Below, one piece after another: positions 51,101-61,400 of a stretch of DNA of 64,000 bases. The notes beneath the pieces are model-generated. The model was given only the letters and a program-made list of their open reading frames with translations, was not told the origin of the DNA and did no database searches. The position numbers and the translations under genes were made by a program. The first letter of the stretch is position 1. Every line of letters starts with the position of its first letter. The stretch covers positions 1,097,276 to 1,161,275 of the forward strand of contig NMRA01000065.1 of the NCBI GenBank assembly GCA_002633005.1. The letters run 5' to 3'. Source of the DNA: Phoronis australis (Eukaryota > Animalia > Phoronida).

Positions 51101-54100
51101 GAATTACTGCCCTAAGAGCTAGCAATACAGTCAAAGACTGCACCATTTTCTTTTGAATTTGTGATTACAAGGTGGCCAAATGCAATAAAGGGTGTGTGTG
51201 TACATTGTTGTTCGACTGTATTTGAGTTTGTATAAATATCATTTTTTCAGTGAGGCCTGGAATATGTTGCAAGTAGTTTATCACGTTCAATCCACCATCT
51301 TTTTGATCACATCACGTGACCTAATGAATATAAGTCCGAAAAGATTTCTGCCCCGGACCGAGACGCCAACCCAGGACCTTCTGATAACCGTGCAGACGCT
51401 CTAGCCACTGAACAATCAGGACCACTGGTAAAATAAAGAAATCCGATCCATAGAGATTATGGGTTAAGATGTCCACTACTAAGTCTGTGTTTGACCAGTG
51501 GTCCCGATGGCTCAGTGGCTAGAGCATCTGCACTATTAGATGAAGGATGAAGGTCCTGGGTTCGCGTCCTGGTCAGGGGCAGAAATTTTTTCGGACTTAT
51601 AGTCATTAGGTCACGTGATGCGATCAAAAAGATGGTGGATTGAACGGGATAAACTACTTGCAATGTAATTGAGTTGATTGAAACTTTCCATCAAGAAATG
51701 TATAGTTGACATAGAACGAGAACTTTCTCCGAGTAAAACATGACGACATTTATTGAACCTGTGGTGTAAATTTGAGGCAAGACAAATTCAGCATGCAATG
51801 TGCCCTGTAAAGAGTGTAGTGTGAATAAGACTCTATGGCTGTTACGTGTTTCAGAGCTGTATGGGTACCAGATCAAAACATCAGAGAGGTGTATACTAGA
51901 CCCAGACAGACACCTGAAGCTAGAGTGTTCTTATGGGAACATCTTCATTGTGTCTGGCAGCTATGGTCTGGATGATTGTGATGGTGATCCTACCACAGTC
52001 TGGTCTCTAGCCTGCTTGTTGCCCCTCGCGCGACACCAACAGCAGTTGTACCAGAAGATTGTCCAACTGTGCTCTGGGGAGAGGGACTGTGACGCCATAC
52101 AAGTGAGCCAGATAGGTCTGCCTAACAGGTGTCGCCAGCCAGGTGACCCAAACACACAGTACAGTAACTACCTGAGACTGAACTACATTTGTGTGCCAGG
52201 TATGGGGTAGTGTTAAAGAATGTAGACCTTTTCGTTGACGCTGTTACTGGTGTTGATTATTTGTCCAGTTTAAAGTCCATGCTTGATTACAACCCAACAC
52301 AAAAAATCCAAATGCTCACCACCCCTGATATTTTAGTTCCCAATTTAAGCACCATGGTTGGTAACCAAGGAAATGTACAGCAGCTCAAGGTGACAAGCAA
52401 GTGAAAAAAATTATTCTACCTTTCGTTTTCTCACAAAATTTAAGTAGCACCAAATAAATACATTATCACTTTGAAGTTCTATACACTAGTTACCATCAAG
52501 CAGACAATGCTTGGATGAATTGTGGGTAATAACAATAATGGTAGGAGGCTTTAAACAGATCAGTTTTGGTAACTATAGTGGTCCAAACTAGGTGAGATTT
52601 TAGTCTATCAAGTTTGCAGTACAAGAAATGCATGCTGAAATGGCTTTAGGTTCCATTTCTGTAACTTTGAAACTAATATGGAATAGTGCTTCCTGAAGAA
52701 AACCTCAGTCACATAGCACAAATCCTTCTATATTGAACCCTATTCCACTCTGATGGTGTCTGAGATCTAACAACCACTGACCTACTTTTCCAGATTCCCA
52801 GTACAGAAGAATCACACAGGTGTCAAACTTTACCTTCAAAAAACGTGGGGTCATAACAAGTTACGATTATCCAAAGCCCTTGCCTGGCATTACCATCACC
52901 CACAAGTGGCAATGCACTTTCACACCAGAGCAAAGAATGAAAGCCATTGCACTACGAATATTGGAGATGAAACTCATGGACATTGTTAACTGCCAGCAAA
53001 CAGTCATTGTGGAGTTGTACAGAAGAGTCCAGGACCACTCACCATTTCTAGTCCTGCCATACTATTGCCATTATTTGACCAACGGTGAACCAAATGGACT
53101 GGCGAGGAAAATTACTGTCAAATTTGAAAACAGACATTCCAAGGCTGAAGGTCGGTTTGCAGTGCTCATAGCCAGTGATTCGACTATCACTGGGAACTGC
53201 ATGCAGGTGGCACCACTTGTTACAACACTGGAACCAACACATAACCCAACAACTACAACAGTGGTAACACCAACCATAGCCGAGGTAACAACAACAACAA
53301 CTAGTACTACAGCAAAAACGACAACCGCAAAAAGGACATCATTGGTAACAACATTGGGATACAAAACGAGTCTCGCAACAACAACCGAAAGAACATTAAC
53401 CACAATAGATGACAGATCAACAATACCAAAGCCAACAACCACTGCCACGTCGTCTGTGAGCATGATGACAACAACGGAACAACATGAGACCAGAACAGCT
53501 GACACTGGTAAACTGTCTACAATATCATCTGCTGTACTCACAACAATGGCACCAACTAAGAACACTGGCGAAAAGGGTAAAGTGGCAGAAATGTCAGGCA
53601 ACAGCAGTAAGCAACACTTTGTTACTATTGATTCAGGTGATGGCATGACACCTCTGCCACCATGTCATGTGAGACAAACTGTTCCCAATATACAATGTCT
53701 CATAGTAGATGAAAGGTTCCGATAAAATAATCCAAAGTGCACTAGGTATCCTATGCAGCACTGGTGTATGAGCGTGGGAAAGAACACAAGTCATCCTTTA
53801 TTAAGCCTGGTTTGATGGCACAATTTACAGTCACAAGGCTGACTCGCAAACATTACCATTTGCCTCTGTTATCAACAAAAATAGAATGCAAATTACTATT
53901 TCTTTTGTTAAGAAGTCAATGTTGGCACATAATTGTTTGATGGAGTACTCAAGCTTATCAATAGAGGGCTCAAATTTGGAACAAAATTTCAAGTTAAAAA
54001 TTGAAAAACAGCGGCAGTGGATATTTTGTGCATGTGAGCATCTCTACTTTATCAGAAGGCAACACATCTGAAAGAGACATGCTGGACAGCAGATTTTCAT

Positions 54101-55796
54101 GTTGCAAAAAGACTTAAGGTTATTGTGACGAACATTTAGCATTTAACCTATGATAATTTAACTTGTGATATTCATTTAACTTGTTATATTCATTTATTGA
54201 GATACCATTAGATGCATGTTCACTTTCTTTTAGGAGACTTAATAGGTGGAATAATTGGATCTCTCATCACTGTGGTAGTCATAGCAACACTAATCACAGC
54301 TATTTTCTGGTATAGGTAAGAGATGACAATTTTCAATATCCTTAGGCCTTGTCACTATGGATACTCCTAAAGTAACCATGGTAACCCAACAAGGATCCAT
54401 TTGAAATGTTTCCCTCAAGTTGCATGACTGTGATAAAATACAAGACAAAGCTGAATCAGACGAAGTATCATTTCTCCATCATGATGGCTAATTTTGTTAA
54501 CAGCAAAAATGACTGCAAAATTGTAGTGACAGAATGGCTCAGCCACCTGGCTACCTTTCTTGTTCTCCTTCATGAGGAAAGACTACTCCGACAATGATTT
54601 TGGCACCATGAGGGGGAATTTCGCACCATGTTACATGAATACGTTTTGTGTGTATTCACATGAAAAAGTGAAAACAGTCCGAAGGTCAAACACAACAAGG
54701 GAGACAAAATGAGAAATGTACATCAAAATGTGCACAAAATACGTCAATATGCTGAAGCTGCATTTTCCTTTAATAGAGATATAATTACGTCAATCATACT
54801 GGACGTCAACATTTCTTGTCATGATGGCATCCACTTTAAAATTCAGTAAGAACAGAGAGATAACTAGTGATTGACTTGAAGTGGTCAAAATTTGGGAAAG
54901 CTGACAAGACTTACGAGTTTCTGAAGCACCATTGACAAAAGAAATAAGAGTTTACCATATTCTATAGGAGTAGTCAGGCACCGTTATGAACTCAATAGTT
55001 CCAACAGCTAAGCCAGCAGAAATGTATTTTCAGTTGAATTTAGTCATTGTTAGAATACTGTCAAATATCAACAAAATTTTGAGAAAAGTCAAACGATGTC
55101 TCATTATTCAGAATTCAGATTCACAGAAAACTATGTTCAGAAAACTGTTCTTTTAAGAATGTATTCAGTTTCTCAATTTAAACAATCTTTTGTGTTTCCA
55201 GGAGGCACAAAAACAATGACCAGGTGCATAGTAAGTCAGATAGCAATGACTACAATGGAGGGGAGATCTACTGTGAGCCTCATGAAGAAGACCGCTACGC
55301 CAGCTTACAAAGGGGCAAGGTTGGCCATCAATACACAACACTGGACATCCGCAACTACGGACGGCCACGACAGCCAATGAACGACAACAAATACAGCGAG
55401 CCCATAGAAAAGCTGTCTACACCTATGACCGGAGATTCATACGAGAAAGGTGCTCAACACACACAATCTCACCCGTACTCGACACATAGACACGGTCAGA
55501 CGGTGAATTACAGTGGAGGCAATGCCAACAAACTCGCTATCATTGAGCCCATATACACTGAACTACCAGCAAACAACAGGCCGTACAACATGAACCAGCG
55601 TCAACTGCCAGCACTGCCAACAGCTTCACAAGCACCAGGAGTATACAGTGCACAGGCAACAACATGTGACAACCATGGATCACCATTCGAGCCTTCTTAT
55701 TTTGAGTTAGAACCGCCTACTAGCATGGTTCAAAACAACCCTACTTACACACATTCTGGGGAAGTCCCAAAACCTGAAGAAGTGATTTATTTGTGA
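48042..55796 (+). CDS. Receptor gene 3: same architecture with long mucin-like stalk and ITAM-bearing tail, about 652 aa, 5 coding exons
   Basis: Exons 48042-48135, 51855-52199, 52794-53636 (alternative in-phase donor after 53576), 54234-54315, 55202-55796. Phases 1,1,1,2. Total 1959 nt, open to TGA. Confidence 0.82.
48136..48490 (+). repeat. Dispersed repeat, second copy (see 33505-33885)
   Basis: Same blocks as the copy in gene 1 intron 5; begins at the gene 3 exon 1 donor. Confidence 0.75.
48740..50720 (-). mobile_element. 5'-truncated, degenerate L1/Tx1-like LINE ORF2 (RT) in gene 3 intron 1
   Basis: LIHPDQT..FIGQNIRLIQDII, KRGLRQGDPVSSQLFILCVE, IKCLGV, KGRIIITKAFALSKLIH, DGGLKVPD and IWYN blocks, with frameshifts. 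Confidence 0.92.
51267..51663. mobile_element. Palindromic element with two divergent tRNA-derived arms
   Basis: About 165-bp inverted arms around a ~60-bp spacer. The right arm has GGTCCCGATGGCTCAGTGGCTAGAGC (A box) and GGTTCG (B box); the left arm is its diverged reverse complement. Confidence 0.85.
51855..52199 (+). CDS. Gene 3 exon 2, SUEL-type lectin-like domain
   Basis: gtttcag acceptor and GTATGG donor. Eight Cys; LKLECSYGNIFIVSGSYG..CSGERDC..SNYLRLNYIC. Confidence 0.9.
52794..53636 (+). CDS. Gene 3 exon 3, CUB-like domain fused to a Thr-rich mucin-like stalk
   Basis: tttccag acceptor. RGVITSYDYP..WQCTF..ITVKFE..GRFAVLI followed by about 150 aa rich in Thr. The 3' donor is ambiguous (53576 or 53636, both phase 1). 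Confidence 0.82.
54234..54315 (+). CDS. Gene 3 exon 4, transmembrane helix (GDLIGGIIGSLITVVVIATLITAIFWYR)
   Basis: cttttag acceptor, AG|GTAAGA donor, phase 1-2. Confidence 0.9.
55202..55796 (+). CDS. Gene 3 exon 5, cytoplasmic tail with ITAM-like and NPxY motifs
   Basis: tttccag acceptor in phase 2 gives RRHK. 15 Tyr, including EEDRYASL-x8-YTTL, IYTEL, SYFEL and NPTY. Confidence 0.88.
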
Positions 55797-56819
55797 CTCC
55801 ACTCTCAACTATTAAAATCAGTCACAGAGCCTTTCTTTAAAAAATTTTTATATTCCTATTAGACATACTTAGAATTAAGGAAGCATAGCTATATCAAATA
55901 CATGAGACATACTACTCAGAGGAAATTTGTAATTAGTTTTCAGTGTCAAACAATTTCTTGTGCTTAGAGATTGAGAAAAAGGTAATGATGTTTGCACACG
56001 CATTCAAGTGCAGGTCACTAACGTTGCGCCTATCTTAGCTGATTTGAATTTGAATCATCCCAATTTAGTACTGACAAGAAATCCAAATGTACACGGTATG
56101 CAGACATTCTCAATCAGCTGTAAAATGTGTTCCCATTAACCAGATACACTGTATTATATTAAAATCTCTAGTAATAAGTACAATAATTTTTAAAATATTT
56201 CACACAAAAATAATTGCCAAAATCGCAATTTTCAAAAGGTGATCACCTTGCTGCAAAGAATGTCATACAATTCCCTTTGACTATATCATGCCTGAGAAAT
56301 GGAACTTTTTGAAGACTTACATATTGTTTTCAGCCATTCCTGGAATTTTATTTTCACCCAGGATATTAAACAGAGCATCTAAAACGGTTAGTGGAATAGA
56401 ATAAAATTGATTTAAGTTCTAGGGTACATATGCCATGCCTTGAAAGGTGTGAGAGAGTCCAGAGGAGAAGTCACCTACGTAGGTGTCATCAAAAAACATG
56501 AAAAGTTATAGAGGAGCTATTATATGAGGTGTACTAAAATGTTGCCAGAAATAAGAATGCAAGAAAACGAATTTACTGAGAACTGATGGTATTTTTTGTA
56601 AATTATGAATCTCTTTTCTTGAGAAAGGCACAAAAAGTTGGGATAAGTGGCAGTTGATTCAAATTGCTGAGAAACAACGAACAAATTTTTTCGATTTTGC
56701 ATACTCCACAGAACAAAATGTATTCTTTGTTTAATTGAAGTTTCCACCACAGAAAACAGAGAAACTGTTCTGTTACTTAATATTCACCCTCTCGATACAT
56801 CCCCTTTGTTAAACACTCC

Positions 56820-57232
56820 TCTCTATATCTGCCCAGCCTACAGGCACACTGTCAAAGGTTGTACTCTATCTGTGCCCAGCCTACAGGCACACTGTCAAAG
56901 GTTGTACTCTATCTGTGCCCAGCCTACAGGCACACTGTCACAGGTTGTACTCTGTGCCCAGCCTATAGGCACACTGTCATAGGTTGTACTCTATCTGTGC
57001 CCAGCCTACAGGCACACTGCCATAGGTTGTACTCTGTGCCCAGCCTACAGGCACACTGTCACAGGTTGTACTTTGTGCCCAGCCTACAGGCACACTGTCA
57101 TAGGTTGTACTCTATCTGTGCCCAGCCTACAGGCACACTGCCATAGGTTGTACTCTGTGCCCAGCCTACAGGCACACTGTCACAGGTTGTACTTTGTGCC
57201 CAGCCTACAGGCACACTGTCATAGGTTGTACT
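56820..57232. repeat. Minisatellite, 36/40-bp unit, about 11 copies
   Basis: TGTGCCCAGCCTACAGGCACACTGTCAYAGGTTGTACTC(TATC) repeated, between genes 3 and 4. Confidence 0.97.
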
Positions 57233-58387
57233 CACATACAAAGTAAGGTTGTTCGTCTGTGTGCACATATAGGCAAGTGCATCACCTACAGTAATAAATT
57301 AGCACTTGATGCAATTGGTGGTTATCTTGAATTAAACTTAGTAGTAACAACTGGTTAGCTTCGGAGCTTTACAAATCAACAGTTTGTACTGCGCAATTAG
57401 ATTTAACTGTGGCACCTTTTCTAACTTCTACATATTACAAAATAAATTTTGAAATTTCTAAAATTAGAAGAACACATTTAATTCCTTGGTAGCGAAGCCA
57501 TCTTTGACACTAATATTTTTTAAAATAATGTTTTCATTAAATTTGCTTAGTTTGAATAATACTTCAGTGTTGTAATTATTTTGTTTTTTGTTAATAGATT
57601 TAGTTGTGAACCCTAATATGAAAAACGGATGTTCCTTTGTTAAATATCTTGTTGGAATGCTTGTTGAAAAAATAAACAAGATCTTACTAAATGCTTACCT
57701 AATATCTCATTTTCTCTCAAATATCAGGTACAACCTGGTATGTTCTATACCAATTGCACAGAAACTTATTGCCAAAGACAAAACACAACTCACAGTAGGG
57801 TGAATCCACAATAACTGAGAAGTCAGTAACATGGCATTTCATTTATGTTCAACACTAAATGTCCCAGAGTGACTTGACTCTGCTCCATTGATCAAAAGGA
57901 CTGTGAATTAGGAAACCAAAGGTTACTTATACTTGATCAGGTTACAAATCGCACCAAATCAAATAAAATCACGAACTTTCAGGTTTTAAGTTTTAAAACA
58001 CATAAAATGTAATGATTAAGTAATAAAAAAACAGCAACCAATGAAGACAAAACAAAGTGCAACAAGCACATCAACTATATTTAGTGAAGAAGTAACAGCC
58101 AGTGAGTACACAAACTCAACACTACATTAACTACAAGTGTGTGAGTACATGAAACCACAAGTTGGTGTATCCAAACCACTTTTTGAATTGTTTCACACCC
58201 TGACGTCAGTCCAACAATGAACTCACCCACCCAGTTCATCTGCTGGTGTTATTTCTCTAACAAACACAGGGCTGACCTATTTGCCAAGCTGACTAAGTAA
58301 GTGGGACTGTCCAGATTAGCATATGACAAGGATATCATCATAAACCAAGGTTGTTATCAGTCCCAGGCAGTTCATCCTGTTTGAAGA

Positions 58388-58463
58388 ATGTGGGCTGCCA
58401 GCCTGGCAGGTGTGTTTATGTGTTTAGTGTGTTCTGTGATGAGAAGACTAGGAGCTGAAGCAG
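58388..58463 (+). CDS. Gene 4 exon 1, signal peptide (MWAASLAGVFMCLVCSVMRRLGAEA)
   Basis: Hydrophobic core, AEA cleavage-like motif, and a CAG|GTATAA donor in phase 1. Confidence 0.65.
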
Positions 58464-61400
58464 GTATAACTGAACTGATTCATGTCTCATGTAGCATTTA
58501 ACAAAACTATTCATTTAGTTAGATGGACAGTTTGTCAATAAGATTGAAATCAACACCCTGCAGTCCAAACCAGTGTTGTTTATCAACACCTACAGCAAGA
58601 ACAAACAGTACTCTACTGGTTATTAATGCTACACAATCAACGTGGAGAAAGTTATTTCACATTATGTCCAGCAGTCATTATTAATAGTTTTTTAATCCGC
58701 TATTAAGACATTACTGTGTAACCCATACTTAGTGTGATATTTCAAGGAATCCAGGCAAGGCATCTCGGTTCAGAGCACAGCTTAAAGCAGCAAAAACGAA
58801 CAAAAACCAACTTTGCAGATAGGTCACTTACTGGCATAAATGTATGTTAAATCATGGAAGTTTTTTATATGGGTGAATGTTATTAACCAAGGTTGCCCAG
58901 TAAACATTTAGATGAGGCCATGTGAAAAAAATTACTTGGCCTAGCAAGCGAGGTTAATAACATTAACTTAATAAAATGCACACAGTTTAACATGTTTACA
59001 CCATATAATTATTTAAATTTTAATTCACATTTCTGTGGCAACTCCTGTGCAGTAACTGCATCACATGACAGAACATTTACAGTGACATGTGACACGATTA
59101 CTGCACAGAGGCATCAAGACGTATAAGGTATGTCACCAGTTTCAGTTTGCTGCTTATTTAAATTAAAAATGATTACTAGGTGTGAGAAAAAAGTTGATGT
59201 ATTTAACACCAGACCATGGTTTATAATAGCTTTAATAGTATTTTATAATTTATCCATGGTGGAAACAGGGTCACACAACTGTCTATTGTCAGTGGCAAAT
59301 TCTTGCCCTAGTAACTTTACAGATGACAAGTAGGGAATTACAGAAGCAGTAGATCCAGGAGTGATCAATAATGTTATCATCAAAGCATGTTTTAATCTGA
59401 TCTTATTATCACTCTGCATAGAATTTACAACTGAACCTTTGTGTTGATCATTCCAGAGTCAATTGGTGGATATGAAGTCAAGACACAAGCACGCTGTTTC
59501 TATAACGCCAATAGGTTCTTTAGCCTCAGTTGTAAAGTAGCGACTAAGATATACATTGTATCAGCCACCTACAGTATAGAGAACTGTAAACGTGGGCCGG
59601 ATAAGTACACAGGGCGGTCATGTTCTAGGCCAGTACATGAGGTGAACCCTGTACAGTACCAGCATATGATCACCCAGTGTACAGCCAGACGACTGTGCTA
59701 CAACAGAATACAGGCCACACAAGCTGACTTGAGGAATCACTGTAACACCACATTCTACACAGACACAGTGACTATTAAGTGGATATGTGTTCCAAGTAAG
59801 ACTGCATGACACACGTTTTTTACTAGTAGTTGCCATACATGAAGCTTTCCAGAACTTTACCCACTTGGGCATCCTACAGCCCAAAATATCCTGCAGCATT
59901 GAAGAAAACGAGTAATTAGCAAGGTGATAGTTGCCACTAAGAATAATGAAACTATACAACCTTCAAGGAGGCAACAGCTAGGGAACATTTGACATTTAGC
60001 TCTTTAACATTGTGCACAAAAGCATCTTGCATGACCTAATCTTTAATTGAGGTGTGCAAAAAGGGCAAGTTGACTGGGGCAAAATGCAATTTCTTTTAGT
60101 TGCATTCACCCCGATATTTGAGACTTATTTGGAGATTTTTGTGTGAATCCCTTGATTATCCCAACACACAAAAGTGACAAATTGTCAGCATAAAGTGGGA
60201 CTGCAAACTTAAAAATGCTGTTTACCAAATACTCAATGGCCACCTAGTCACATGGTGTATTTCATTACGGAGCTGCTGTATCAGAAGATGGCTTTTCACA
60301 AAACACCTTACACAGTATTTGATGCAGACATGCATCCACAACAGTTCTTACAGCATATAGTTAATCCTGGTCTATGACCTGACTCATTTAAGACCTGCGC
60401 TCAAAGAATAAAAAAAAACACCCGTCAAGGACTTTTTCTTTTTGAAGAGCAGCACTATTGAACAATTGAGCAAGGTTTGAAATGCCATGGTTTGCCAAGC
60501 ATTGAGTAAAATCAAACTCCGCAAAAAATAACAGAACCACCTACAGTATGCTTTTTTGACTACAAGCATTTCACCAAAAATGTTTGTGTACTTACCAACT
60601 ACATTTATACTTGATGTCAACTTTCAGCATCTGCAGCATTTGACATGTGTCCCAGCATGACAGAGTCAAAAATTGGGAAGAGGGGAATCTTGCAAAATAC
60701 ACGTTACCCACAATACAGTAGTTTACCACCATCAATGGATTGTCAGTGCAAGCTGTCTGTGATGAAACAGACCACAATATCCATATGGATAGTAGAACTA
60801 CAACTGAACAGTCAGAAGACTGCGTGTTCATCTGAACTGGCACTGACAGCTCCACACCAACCATCAGCCAGGTTTGACTGTCAGTACCGTGCTCAAACAA
60901 TGGTAGTAAGGAAGAATCTAGCAAAAAGTGCTCAAGTAAAGGTGTTACTGACATCTGATGGCATCTCACAGAATGGCCGATACACACTGCTCTATCAAGG
61001 TATGTTCACGCTCAAGTATTGTTAATAGAAAACAAACCAAGTATCAGTTTCAAAATTGTTAAAGCTGTAGGTGACTTTGCATTCTCAGTTTCACATAGTT
61101 ACATTTAATGAATTGAATGGAGTTCACTTGATGCCATCTATGGCTAGACTAGATGCCTTTATTGTTGTCTGGAGCTCTAAGTGCACCTAAGGTTAAACAT
61201 CCTTTGAGTCTGCTTAACCTGCACTGCTTGAGGTGAAAGCCTGTAATCATGCAATCATGCTCATTCAGGTAACTGTACAAATGTACAGGCAGTTAGGAAC
61301 AAGAATGATATCTATCCTGTTATCAAGCTCATACTTTCTAGGAACAATGGCAGTTAATGTCACATGTGGACTCTACCCATTCCAAGTCCGGTCAACGACA

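Noticed and set aside
51500-51580. Functional tRNA gene
   Set aside because: The anticodon arm is disrupted by a duplicated GATGAAG, the acceptor stem pairs poorly, and it is one arm of a palindromic repeat.
53071-53646. 191-aa Val-rich minus-strand ORF that looks like a membrane protein
   Set aside because: Antisense shadow of the Thr-rich (ACN) stalk codons of gene 3.
56820-57232. CRISPR-like 36-bp palindromic repeats and the 95-aa ORF 56859-57146
   Set aside because: The units are contiguous with no unique spacers, and the ORF is just the repeat translation.
59169-59270. Alternative gene 4 signal peptide (..RPWFIIALIVFYNLSMVETG)
   Set aside because: No convincing phase-1 GT donor follows it; 58388-58463 fits better. 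Not fully excluded without cDNA.
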